Below are positions 1 to 8,986 of a DNA stretch of 64,000 nt, in pieces; the stretch's first letter is position 1, and every line of letters starts with the position of its first letter. The notes below the pieces were generated by a model. That model made no database searches, was not told where the DNA came from, and was given only the letters and a program-made list of their open reading frames with translations. Origin of the DNA: a virus; IMG/VR virus record IMGVR_UViG_3300046484_000054, positions 1-64,000 of that record. The stretch is one strand, 5' to 3'. The position numbers and the translations under genes are program-made.

Positions 1-10
1 TTTAGACGCG

Positions 11-202
11 TTAAGAATAGTGCAACACGGCCATGTTGTCAAGCACTTCCGCCCCTTCTGAAACCCAAGAATTCTCCTCGATGCGAAGCCACAAGTCGTC
101 GTCAGCAACCCGATTCATCGTTTCCTTGTAGCCACCATGGGGGTTGTCCTTGAAAGGAATCCACGTTTGAAAATATCGAATGATGCGTTTGATGAATTTC
201 AT
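11..202 (-). CDS. hypothetical small protein (63 aa)
   Basis: ORF track; last gene of a tightly packed minus-strand block; no recognisable motif. Confidence 0.35.
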   Translation of the reverse strand: MKFIKRIIRYFQTWIPFKDNPHGGYKETMNRVADDDLWLRIEENSWVSEGAEVLDNMAVLHYS

Positions 203-299
203 GGCTGCTTTCAGTGTAAAAATGGCTCCACGAATCCCTTGCAGCCCGCGCAGTAAATGACCACTGCGGCCAGAATGACAATCAGGATGTAAAATCTTG

Positions 300-575
300 T
301 CATGGTTGTTTTTCTCCCGTCATAACGGCCCGGTAATGCTTCACGGGATAAGAATTGCATTCAGCAGTCTTAATTCTTAAGGTGCGCCGCTCCATGCGTC
401 CTTCGGAGACTCGCTGGCAAAGAATCCTCCTTGTCTTGCTCAAGTCTTGCGGCTTTCCTTTCAACCCCCAGATGATTGACCATTCCTTTGTCGGCCTGAA
501 TCCCGGCGGAACGGTTTCGGGTATTCCGCCAAGGGCACGCTCAAGATCGGTGACGATTGAATTTAGCTTGCTCAT
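300..575 (-). CDS. hypothetical protein (91 aa; internal ATG of the 300..740 ORF)
   Basis: Start MSKLNS at 575 overlaps the stop of the upstream gene (572) in an ATGA junction; the longer 300..740 version would overlap the phosphoesterase gene. Confidence 0.4.
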   Translation of the reverse strand: MSKLNSIVTDLERALGGIPETVPPGFRPTKEWSIIWGLKGKPQDLSKTRRILCQRVSEGRMERRTLRIKTAECNSYPVKHYRAVMTGEKQP

Positions 576-1303
576 ATCGGAAACCTCCATTCTCCGTGCT
601 GCCCGTTTTCGTAAAGTTGAATCCAGCCAAGCGTGTTGTCGTGGCCTTCGCCATAGACCAGCCCTTGCGACCACGACAAAGTTTTTCGACGGCACTTGGC
701 ATAGTCTATGTTCGGGATGTCCGCCAATGTTCCGACGCATATTCCAGTCGGGTTATCATCGCGCCGCCCCTTTTGTAACATCGTCGTATGGCAATGGGCA
801 AAGACGCATGAGCCGTGCATTTCCGCTTGGTCGCGCGCCGCATTTTCAGTATAAATTGTTCCGTGCATCCATTTGATGCCGTAAGCGTAAATCCAAGAAC
901 GGATGTCCCATGTGTTCACCCAGCGTATTTTGAGCAGCTTCATTTTTTTCTCAATGCCGTTGACCAGTAGCTCGCCAAGTTCCCGAACCATTGCGTTTGG
1001 GTGTCCCTTGTAACGGTAAGGCCGCTCATCATGGTTCCCCATCGTGCAATCCGTCACGCCAAGGTCTTTCAGGAATTTCAATCCGCTGTCAATGTCGCTG
1101 TTGATCGGCTTGCCCTCGTCCGGCGTTCCTTTCGCGCCATTCCTTAACGCCGTTGTGTCGCACCAGTCTCCAAGGTGGAATATGCGCTGTGGTTTCCAAT
1201 TGTTCCGGAATCTCAATACTGCGGCACGGGCTTTGGGATCAATCAGGACTCCATGAGAGCAGCCAACTCCCATGAATCTTTCCCACCTGTGAACGACATT
1301 CAT
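572..1303 (-). CDS. calcineurin-like metallophosphoesterase (phage Ser/Thr phosphatase type)
   Basis: Motifs HLGDWCD, MGNHDE, HGT and FAHCH in the order typical of the metallophosphoesterase fold. Confidence 0.8.
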   Translation of the reverse strand: MNVVHRWERFMGVGCSHGVLIDPKARAAVLRFRNNWKPQRIFHLGDWCDTTALRNGAKGTPDEGKPINSDIDSGLKFLKDLGVTDCTMGNHDERPYRYKGHPNAMVRELGELLVNGIEKKMKLLKIRWVNTWDIRSWIYAYGIKWMHGTIYTENAARDQAEMHGSCVFAHCHTTMLQKGRRDDNPTGICVGTLADIPNIDYAKCRRKTLSWSQGLVYGEGHDNTLGWIQLYENGQHGEWRFPI

Positions 1304-1494
1304 TTTCTTTTTCTAACTTGACCCTTTTTGATTCGACGCATGACTTTGGCGGTGAAATTCGGCGGCGGCGTTACATCAACAAATCTGCAGCCAAGTTTAT
1401 GCATCATGTCATGGAAAAATGCAACTTTGTCAAATGTCGGAAGCAATTCAGATTCTCCAGTCTGTAGCGCATTGTGCTGTTTGGCTGTTTTCAT
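1300..1494 (-). CDS. hypothetical small basic protein (64 aa)
   Basis: ORF track; 4-nt overlaps with both neighbours. Confidence 0.4.
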   Translation of the reverse strand: MKTAKQHNALQTGESELLPTFDKVAFFHDMMHKLGCRFVDVTPPPNFTAKVMRRIKKGQVRKRK

Positions 1495-1859
1495 AGCGTC
1501 TTTGGCGGTTCAACCAGAGGTGATTGAACTGCCGGGACAGGAACCGTGATTGCGGATGCAGCCACCTGCGCGGCGGTGATTGGCGGCGGTTGCGTGTCAT
1601 CAAGGCCGGATTGCTGCTGCGCTTTGTGCTCGGCAAAGGTTGTTGAGAGGAACGATGACAGGGCGGACAATGATGCAACCATTGTTGAGCAGATAATGAT
1701 GATGACCGCTATTTTCGTATGCAGTGGCAGTCCGTTAAGGGCGTAAGGCGCAAGCGACCCACCAATGGTCGCAAAAAACGGGACAGAAAATGCCACGCCC
1801 GCCTTGAGCCAGATTATTCTAAATGGGTTGCTCATAGTGTGATCGTCGCGTAAAGGCAT
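1491..1859 (-). CDS. membrane protein with 2-3 predicted TM helices (holin-like is only a guess)
   Basis: Hydrophobic stretches GVAFSVPFFATIGGSLAPYAL and IAVIIIICSTMVASLSALSSFL followed by a polar Pro-rich tail. Confidence 0.5.
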   Translation of the reverse strand: MPLRDDHTMSNPFRIIWLKAGVAFSVPFFATIGGSLAPYALNGLPLHTKIAVIIIICSTMVASLSALSSFLSTTFAEHKAQQQSGLDDTQPPPITAAQVAASAITVPVPAVQSPLVEPPKTL

Positions 1860-1883
1860 CCGTCAAAGTGCCTCATAAAACCA

Positions 1884-2291
1884 TTACATCGGAATTTTGA
1901 AAAAATGGTAAACCATCATTCCTGATAGAGCCATGAGCCAGAGCGCACCCACAGCTAGGCAAACCGTTTGCCGTATATTGGACGTTTCCAAATCGTTTAT
2001 TCTCGTTTCATGGGTGTTAATCTTCACAATTTGTTCGTTGCGTAAGTTCTTAATGTCTTCCCTTAATCCTTCCATTTTAGTCCTTAACTCCACGAGCAAA
2101 TCGTGGTCTTCACTGGTTTTTGATTCTGTTATAGCAGCAGCAGCAGCAGCAGAAACTACTTTGTTGGCTATCTCTGCTGCGCTTGCAATCTTCAAGACGG
2201 CAGCATCGGCGGCTTGATTTAGAATATGAATGGCGTCCGACGCGGCGTGTTCATGTTCCAAAATTTCCCGTCCATGTTCGGTTGTTTCCAT
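1884..2291 (-). CDS. coiled-coil protein with C-terminal TM anchor
   Basis: Heptad-like E/K/L-rich centre, Ala6 run encoded by an (AGC)6 tract on the + strand, C-terminal CLAVGALWLMALSGMMVYHFF. Confidence 0.5.
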   Translation of the reverse strand: METTEHGREILEHEHAASDAIHILNQAADAAVLKIASAAEIANKVVSAAAAAAITESKTSEDHDLLVELRTKMEGLREDIKNLRNEQIVKINTHETRINDLETSNIRQTVCLAVGALWLMALSGMMVYHFFKIPM

Positions 2292-2315
2292 TTTAATTCC
2301 CTTTCACCATAATGT

Positions 2316-4127
2316 TCACCACCGCCTCAACTGCCACGGCTCCGCGCCCGGACTGGTTGTTGCCGTCACATTCGTCTGACCCATCGCCGCAAACCTCAAC
2401 TGCGCCGGTATCGCGCTCACCATCGGTGTCAAGTCGCTGCCAATCGGCGGGAACGGCACGCTGTTTGACCACCATGAAGGCTGTGCCGCCAGATAAAGCG
2501 ACGTGGGGATCGTCTGCGGCGTGTCATCCCACTTCGTCGAGTGCGTGGCATAATCATAGTTACCATCCCGCGTCAGTGTAGCTTGGGTCATCAAGTCCGT
2601 GCTATCCGTGCCGCCATAATCGCCATAATAGCCAAGTATGTAAATTGACCGGAGGTTCGGCGCGGCCTGCCCGTTCCAGTAATTTGTCGGGAAACTCAAA
2701 GCATCCACCTGATAGTTGGTGTGATAGGTGTCCGTGCCGAGGACGTTCCCAATAAAGGTAATCCAGCGATTCGAGGACATGACGGACACCGGGAAGGTGT
2801 TGTTAAGTCCCCAAGACCCGTAATTGTTCAGGTTGGTTTCATACCCATAAAGGTAGTTCCTAAAAACCGTGTTATGACTGCTGGAACCATGAATGATGTC
2901 AAAGCTCGCCCCTGTGCCGATGTTTCCTTCGGTCAGATTCATGGAAGGGTGCGCCCCGTGCGAGTTAAAGGAGGGGGACATCCACCCCGGCGACAGCCCG
3001 TAAATCATGTTCGTGCAATAGTTGTAAGCGGACACGCAGCCTGACACGCCAGCATCCAGCAAAAGCGGCGATGTAATTTTGTAAAAGATGTTGTTCTCAA
3101 CCAGTATGTCCGACGACATGCAGGGATTGACCCCGTAAGATTCAGCCGCTCCTCCCGTGTTGGAATTGTGGATGTAGCAATCTTCCACCGCGCCGTGCGC
3201 CGAATGTATGAACTTCACCGCCGCATAAGGGACGTTTGTGAAGTCAATGTTCCTTACCCAACAATTATAGGAAAAATCAAATTCAATGACCGCGAAACTC
3301 GCCCAGCCGTTCTGCCCGTCAATCGTCATGTCCTCAATGCCAATCATCATGCTATTGTTCAGGGTGGACTGCCAAAGCGGGCCGTTCCAAATGATTTGTG
3401 GATGCAACGACGCCTGATAGTTCGTCATATACACGCCCGGATAAATGGTCAGGTTCGTGCCATTGACCAGACTCACCACCTTCACCCATTGAATTTGATT
3501 GCAGTCCTTTCCGTTGGCATCGGTGAAGATGATTTGTGGACTTGTGGTTCCGCCAATCTCGACAAGGTTAATGTCGTTCTCCTGCGTCAGCATGATGAGG
3601 TCGCCCGCCGCCAACCCATTGGCCGCTGCACCGGGGTCAACGGTGATACTCGTTGTTCCCTGCGCATAACCGGAGTTCCACAAATAAGCTCCACTGGTTG
3701 GAATCGCGCCACTCCACATGTTGTTACAAGAGACGTGAATGGGTGAATTGATGTGCATGACGGTTTTGCCCGGCCCGGCTCCGCGAAGCACCACGCCGTT
3801 GTGGCCTTCCGTCGAAAAGAAAGAGTTCCAAATGTCTCCAAAAAGCAAGCCGTTTGCGTCTATCGTATATGTCCCGGCATTCAGATACACGACTTGATTG
3901 CTGGGACACCAAAGCAAGAACTGATTGATATTCCACCAATCATTCGTGCCGCCGCGCGAGTCGGGGTTAAGCGCAACGTAAATGTTTGTGACGTTCGGGA
4001 TGCCGCCAATGACACCCACCTGATTCGACGCCCAAATGACTCCGCCGGGAAGATGGCCAGCAGGGATTATTTGCGCCGAAGCAGAAACGCCTAACGCAAT
4101 CAAAATTGAGCTTAAGAAGCGTTTCAT
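2316..4127 (-). CDS. secreted right-handed beta-helix (pectate-lyase-fold-like) protein; possible depolymerase or tailspike
   Basis: N-terminal signal-like MKRFLSSILIALGVSASAQ. Repetitive N/G/I/V-rich beta-helix-type segments such as NCWVRNIDFTNVPYAAVKFIHSAHGAVEDCYIHNSN. Confidence 0.65.
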   Translation of the reverse strand: MKRFLSSILIALGVSASAQIIPAGHLPGGVIWASNQVGVIGGIPNVTNIYVALNPDSRGGTNDWWNINQFLLWCPSNQVVYLNAGTYTIDANGLLFGDIWNSFFSTEGHNGVVLRGAGPGKTVMHINSPIHVSCNNMWSGAIPTSGAYLWNSGYAQGTTSITVDPGAAANGLAAGDLIMLTQENDINLVEIGGTTSPQIIFTDANGKDCNQIQWVKVVSLVNGTNLTIYPGVYMTNYQASLHPQIIWNGPLWQSTLNNSMMIGIEDMTIDGQNGWASFAVIEFDFSYNCWVRNIDFTNVPYAAVKFIHSAHGAVEDCYIHNSNTGGAAESYGVNPCMSSDILVENNIFYKITSPLLLDAGVSGCVSAYNYCTNMIYGLSPGWMSPSFNSHGAHPSMNLTEGNIGTGASFDIIHGSSSHNTVFRNYLYGYETNLNNYGSWGLNNTFPVSVMSSNRWITFIGNVLGTDTYHTNYQVDALSFPTNYWNGQAAPNLRSIYILGYYGDYGGTDSTDLMTQATLTRDGNYDYATHSTKWDDTPQTIPTSLYLAAQPSWWSNSVPFPPIGSDLTPMVSAIPAQLRFAAMGQTNVTATTSPGAEPWQLRRW

Positions 4128-4684
4128 TGCATTAGATTAAGGGTAAAAAATAAATCAACGCCCATTGGCGTAGAACCATAAAAACAATCATAGCCTTCTC
4201 CCGGAAGATATGTGTCGCCGTCAAAAAGTATATTATCGCCATCGTCGGCAACAACAACAAAAACCAACACATAATCAGTGTTTGGTGGAACGACCGGATT
4301 GGTTGTCCATGTAAAACTATAAAAGACATATCCCGATCCTGTGACCGTGGCAGACGGCCCTCCATATTGAGTTCCGGTTCTGTTGATACCAGACCAGACT
4401 TCACAATAATAAGAACCGTTACCACCTCTGGCAAAATTGGCCCCACAAATAGTCGCTCCGCCGGCACTGCCTTTTATTTTCTGGGAGTAATTAACAAACC
4501 CATGGGCAGCCCCAAAAGCATAGCCGGTGCTAGCCACAGTCTGACAAGTCAACGAGGGGGCCGATGGCACGGTCGTCAACTGCTGGCCGTTGGTCAGGAC
4601 TTGACCATGGAAATTATTTGTAATGTTCTGCCCCAACAGTTGGAAGCAAAACACTGACAACAACGATGAGAGAATAATCTTCAC
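4124..4684 (-). CDS. secreted hypothetical protein (GTG start)
   Basis: GTGA start/stop overlap with the upstream gene at 4681-4684; signal-like VKIILSSLLSVFCFQLLGQ. The longer 4124..5020 ORF overlaps the upstream gene. Confidence 0.5.
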   Translation of the reverse strand: MKIILSSLLSVFCFQLLGQNITNNFHGQVLTNGQQLTTVPSAPSLTCQTVASTGYAFGAAHGFVNYSQKIKGSAGGATICGANFARGGNGSYYCEVWSGINRTGTQYGGPSATVTGSGYVFYSFTWTTNPVVPPNTDYVLVFVVVADDGDNILFDGDTYLPGEGYDCFYGSTPMGVDLFFTLNLMQ

Positions 4685-6966
4685 GGATTCGCATTGGTTC
4701 CACCAGCAACCCAAATCGTCACCCCGGAATTTGTGAACTTGAGATAGCCAGTCAGGATGCTGGTAAAGTTCCCACTGACGTAACCCGCAAAATTCAGATT
4801 GGCAAAAGGCAGATTCGTCGTCGTCGCGCCATTGTCCGGTGAGCGCGAATTGATCGTCTTTGCCTGCACGTCGCCGGAGTAGCCCCTTCCGCCCAACACT
4901 TGATATTCCCATTGGCCGGTGGCGTAGTTTGTCGTGTAGCTCGACCGGGTGGCGGGATCGGCGTAGGTGTTCATTGTGCCATCCCAGTTGCTGTCCCTGA
5001 AATATGTCCCGTCCCACCAAGTGGAGACCGGAACGCCCGGCGGATAGACGAATTTGCTCACGGCCAGATTCGTGTTCAATCCGGTCAACTGGCTGCCGTC
5101 GCCTGAAATTATTCCACCAACAACATTAACCCCATTAGAAATAGTTAGTGAACCCGACACAACTGTGTTTTGAATATGCCCATTGTCGTCATCCGTGCCA
5201 CCCAAAACCAGCGTGTCGGAGGCTCCTACGGTCGCTCCATAACCTATGGCTCCAGAATTAGCAAGTGTGCCTGACCCGGTGGCCGCCTGTGCTCTGTAAC
5301 CCAAAAAGACCATTTTGTTGTCGTGCTGCTTGCTCGCCTGTCCCGAATTTCCGCCGACAGAAGTGTTCTTTTGACCATCAACATTGTAATACAACGCCGC
5401 ATCGCCGATGGCGACATTGAGCGTCCCACCAATCATATTATACATCGCCGCATGGCCAATGCCTATGTTGCTATCATTATTAGTCTGTTGAAACAAGGCT
5501 TCCCAACCAAGAGCGATGTTGTAACTACCGGAAAGAAGCGAATCAAGCGCCATATAGCCAACCGCCAGGTTTCCACTCCCGGATTTGTTGTTCTCGAGTG
5601 CCCGATATCCTATTGCTTGGCTCTCGTTCCCAGTTGAATTTTCGCTAAGGGCATGACAGCCAAACGCCTCGTTGTGACTACCTGTGGTATTCCAATAAAG
5701 CGCGCCAAAGCCAACCGCATCATTCGCTATGCCGGTTGTGTTTTGGTAAAGCGCCTCCCTACCCACTGCCACGCCCGATCCGCCACTAGTGTTGTGAATG
5801 AAAACGCCACTTCCGATTCCTACATTAAAGGAGGCTTCATTGCTGGCCGGAACCCCGACAAGGCGGTTTGTCCCGGTGTCGTTTTCCTGACCAATCAACA
5901 AGTTGTCTCCCCCAGTTCCATTTGTTCCTACTATTTGGAACATATTAGACGGGCCATAAAACAGTCCCGTCCCAAAGTTTGCCGAGAGAACATTGTTGGC
6001 ATTTGTCAGAGTCACCGGCCCGCTGACAACCTGCATCGTCGCGGAGTTCGTGGTCAATACATTGGCCGTGGTGCCGCCGCTTGAAGGAACTCCAAGCACC
6101 GTCACGCCCGATGAATTTATTCCAAGATTGCTGACAATGGTTCCTGACGGGCTGTTGGTGAACGTCAACCCACCGCCGTTGCCGAAGATTGTTCCGCCCA
6201 GCAATCGGATTCCATTTCGAGCATAAACAGTGAATTCCTGATCTGTGCTACTGCCGGTTGGAAAACCATCCGACCATACGAAAGTATAATTGTTCGTCGC
6301 AGAAGCATTGCCGCCCCCTGACCAGGAGATGTCGCCTAGGGCAAAAGTGTTACTTCCTTGCGAGTGACTGGCATAGCCTCCCGAAATTGTCTTCGAGCCT
6401 TCCGCATGGTTTATTCCGCCGGCACTTGAGTAATTGGTCGTCATGGAACCCCCGCCTTCGGCATGGCTATAATTTGCAGCGGCGACTGTTCCACTGCCTT
6501 CAGCATGGCTGTAATCTCCACTTAATCCGTTGCCAGACTTGGTATGACTGCCTTCAGAGTGACTCCCCTCACCGTTTGCTTCCGTTTGATTGCCGCCTTC
6601 GGCGTGACTAATATCTCCGGCGGAAATTGAATCGGCGCCTTCAGCGTGGCTGCTCCACCCTGTTACAACCGGAGATTCCCCCTGGCCCACCGAACGACCG
6701 ATATAGTTTTCTCCGCTCAATGAGAGTGCCCGTGAATCATTGCTGGTTACAATGTTGCCCCCCTCAGCCGCATTCGTCGCCGTGACTGAACGAGTTGCGA
6801 GCGGCACTGCTACCGGATTGGTTGCCGCGACGGATTTGGAGAGCACAGCAACGCGGGCGTCGGCGGCGGTGGTGTTGGTCGTGTATGGACTCCTGATAAC
6901 GGCGGGTTGCGCTGACACAAAAAATGCCGTGAATAATGCCAAGAGAAAGATAATTGTGCTTTTCAT
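4681..6966 (-). CDS. fibre/adhesin-like repeat protein with signal peptide
   Basis: MKSTIIFLLALFTAFFVSAQ leader. At least 7 copies of an S-H-A/S-E/Q-G repeat (YSHAEGSGT, YSHAEGGGS, INHAEGSKT and others), then YadA-head-like A-x-G repeats (NDAVGFGALYWN, NEAFGCHALSEN, SQAIGYRALENN, NLAVGYMALDS). Confidence 0.7.
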   Translation of the reverse strand: MKSTIIFLLALFTAFFVSAQPAVIRSPYTTNTTAADARVAVLSKSVAATNPVAVPLATRSVTATNAAEGGNIVTSNDSRALSLSGENYIGRSVGQGESPVVTGWSSHAEGADSISAGDISHAEGGNQTEANGEGSHSEGSHTKSGNGLSGDYSHAEGSGTVAAANYSHAEGGGSMTTNYSSAGGINHAEGSKTISGGYASHSQGSNTFALGDISWSGGGNASATNNYTFVWSDGFPTGSSTDQEFTVYARNGIRLLGGTIFGNGGGLTFTNSPSGTIVSNLGINSSGVTVLGVPSSGGTTANVLTTNSATMQVVSGPVTLTNANNVLSANFGTGLFYGPSNMFQIVGTNGTGGDNLLIGQENDTGTNRLVGVPASNEASFNVGIGSGVFIHNTSGGSGVAVGREALYQNTTGIANDAVGFGALYWNTTGSHNEAFGCHALSENSTGNESQAIGYRALENNKSGSGNLAVGYMALDSLLSGSYNIALGWEALFQQTNNDSNIGIGHAAMYNMIGGTLNVAIGDAALYYNVDGQKNTSVGGNSGQASKQHDNKMVFLGYRAQAATGSGTLANSGAIGYGATVGASDTLVLGGTDDDNGHIQNTVVSGSLTISNGVNVVGGIISGDGSQLTGLNTNLAVSKFVYPPGVPVSTWWDGTYFRDSNWDGTMNTYADPATRSSYTTNYATGQWEYQVLGGRGYSGDVQAKTINSRSPDNGATTTNLPFANLNFAGYVSGNFTSILTGYLKFTNSGVTIWVAGGTNANP

Positions 6967-6971
6967 AATTG

Positions 6972-7337
6972 TTACGCGACGAGTTCGATCCATCCGGTTG
7001 ATCCGCTCCCGGTTTTTTTAGCCCAGAAATTTCCAGTTGAAGTATCAAGATAGGTGCTGCCCGGCGCGCCCGCCTGAACGCCTTCGGGAGAACCCGCACC
7101 CGCAAAGGTGCTGCCTGCTCCGGCGACAACCTCAACCCACCCGGTCTTAGTATTTTCCCCGCTTTGCTTCACCCAGAAATTTCCGCCACCAGTGTCAACA
7201 TAGGTTCCGCCGGGGCTTGCACTGACAATCCCCTCTGGCGAACCAAGTCCAGAACTGCCGGTGGATGACATTTGTGGCGGAAAGGGCACGTCCTGAAACG
7301 GCCCCGGTATCCAATTGCCAAGAGAATCTAGTGACAT
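6972..7337 (-). CDS. small fibre-tip-like protein with a tandem duplicated module
   Basis: Two copies of GSPEG-x-V-x-A-x-PG-x-TY-x-DT-x-x-GNFW-x-K-x-x-G-x(3-5)-TGW-x-E-x-VA; start MSLDSL chosen. Confidence 0.5.
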   Translation of the reverse strand: MSLDSLGNWIPGPFQDVPFPPQMSSTGSSGLGSPEGIVSASPGGTYVDTGGGNFWVKQSGENTKTGWVEVVAGAGSTFAGAGSPEGVQAGAPGSTYLDTSTGNFWAKKTGSGSTGWIELVA

Positions 7338-7463
7338 AATGGTTGACGGTAGTTTGAAACGGGCGGAATTGCAAGAATTTTGTTGCAAATCAGCCCAGTT
7401 TCGCAATCTGTGAACGAAATCTTAACTCGCGGCGGGTTGGCGATTTCAGTTGACAGGGTTTTT

Positions 7464-8648
7464 ATGATCCTTTATTCTTCATCTGTTGTGAGTGACAGTC
7501 AAGCAATTCAAGTTTTGCCATCCGCCTCGGCGGAAACTTCATCGGTCGAGGTGTCCTCACAACAACCGGGGCGAGATGGCGCTTTCCAAGCATTAGCGTT
7601 TAAGACTCTCGTTCCAAAAGAACACCACTTGCGCCTTGAGGCTATGGCCGCTTCCAGCAAAGAAGTTATTCGTCGAATGTTGTCTGACAGAAACAAGACC
7701 AGCACCAAATTTTACAAAGAATTACCAAGCGTTGTTGCTAAAGGTCTATCTGCAAAATATCAACGCAATCTCAAATGCAAATCAGTAAAGCGGATTGTGA
7801 TTCCAGTGTGCGGCGATAAGGGAAATAAAATCAAACTTGTCGCTGGCGGCGTTCGTATTCCTGCGATATTCAAGAAATCAATCTTGCCCATTTATTGGCC
7901 GCGCCCAGTTGTCGGCCATGTCCGCAGCGTGGAGTTTTACAAGCGCGGCGGCAGATGGTTTGCTAATTTCTGCGTCAATGTCATTGTGGATTTGCCAGTC
8001 AAAATTTCCGGCGTGATTGGCGTTGACCGCAACAGCGTCGGCAACATCGCAGTCATGTCCGACCCTCAAACCGGACATGTCCGCCACATGGGATTCAATC
8101 CCGCCAGAACAAAGTATTGCTGGCGCGGGCGAAAAAAGAATTTACAACGGCAGGGCAAACGTCGCCTCCTGTCGAAGTTGGGTAAAAACCATGCGCGACG
8201 CTCACAATACCAAAATCACGTTGTCAGCAAGACAATCGTGGACTACGCCAAGAAACATTCTCGTGCTATTGCGTTGGAAAAGCTGTCAGGTGTTCGTGGA
8301 AAAGGTTCAAAGATTCGTTCGTATTCGGAGCGGAATCAATGGGCGTTCGCACAACTCGCCAGCTTTATCCAATACAAAGCTCGGCTCGCTGGCGTAACCA
8401 TAGTGGAAGTTGATCCGGCTTACACAAGCCAGACCTGCTCTCGCTGCGGCAATATCCATAAACCGAACGGGAAGCTGTTCAGTTGCCCTGCTTGCGGACA
8501 CGAAGACCATCGAGACGCTAACGCCTCTTTCAATATCGCAAAACGAGCTTGGGAGAGTATCGGTGGATTAGCGACGGACACAGTGCGCCGCCGTTCGGGT
8601 CTTATTGATAGCCCCGCTTCTGGGACATTGGAGGAAACCAAAACATGA
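7464..8648 (+). CDS. tnpB: TnpB, IS200/IS605-family OrfB-type RNA-guided endonuclease (no TnpA nearby)
   Basis: RuvC-I GVDRN, RuvC-II IALEKL, zinc finger CSRCG...CPACG, RuvC-III HRDANASFNIAKRA in canonical order. Start uncertain (TTG 7380 or ATG 7464). Confidence 0.85.
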   Translation: MILYSSSVVSDSQAIQVLPSASAETSSVEVSSQQPGRDGAFQALAFKTLVPKEHHLRLEAMAASSKEVIRRMLSDRNKTSTKFYKELPSVVAKGLSAKYQRNLKCKSVKRIVIPVCGDKGNKIKLVAGGVRIPAIFKKSILPIYWPRPVVGHVRSVEFYKRGGRWFANFCVNVIVDLPVKISGVIGVDRNSVGNIAVMSDPQTGHVRHMGFNPARTKYCWRGRKKNLQRQGKRRLLSKLGKNHARRSQYQNHVVSKTIVDYAKKHSRAIALEKLSGVRGKGSKIRSYSERNQWAFAQLASFIQYKARLAGVTIVEVDPAYTSQTCSRCGNIHKPNGKLFSCPACGHEDHRDANASFNIAKRAWESIGGLATDTVRRRSGLIDSPASGTLEETKT

Positions 8649-8763
8649 TGCCTTCAACCAAACAGAATCCAACCGAAGGCGGTTGAGAATATCAAGCTTA
8701 TCACTAAATTGATTGTTTCCAATAAATCTTGCAAAACATGGGTTCTTAAATTAACATGCACCC

Positions 8764-8982
8764 ATGGCACAAACGGCAATCCAACGAGCAGCAGCCCGCT
8801 CCAACAGCGCGGCAATCCAACCCGCACCGGCATTTGAACTTCCGGCGTTGCCCGATAAGATTGCCAACATTGACCGGGAAGGCGCGCAGCAATGGATTGG
8901 CGAGGTGAATGCCGCAATCGCAAACTGGGTTTCACAGATCAATGCTGCCAATACCGTGAACTTGAATTCAACCACCCCTTGA
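8764..8982 (+). CDS. hypothetical protein (72 aa)
   Basis: ORF track; ends 4 nt before the next start; first gene of the + strand virion-protein block. Confidence 0.45.
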   Translation: MAQTAIQRAAARSNSAAIQPAPAFELPALPDKIANIDREGAQQWIGEVNAAIANWVSQINAANTVNLNSTTP

Positions 8983-8986
8983 TTTT

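Noticed and set aside
355-876. 173-aa + strand ORF (and the 557..778 ORF)
   Set aside because: It is antisense to the metallophosphoesterase gene and the 91-aa gene, and shows no motifs.
2133-2152. (AGC)6 trinucleotide tract
   Set aside because: It is in frame and encodes an Ala6 run in the coiled-coil/TM protein. Length changes would stay in frame, so there is no evidence of a phase-variation switch.
4685-5020. Upstream part of the 298-aa ORF 4124..5020
   Set aside because: It overlaps the 3' end of the 770-aa fibre gene in another frame. A GTG with a signal-peptide-like N-terminus at 4684 gives a clean GTGA junction.
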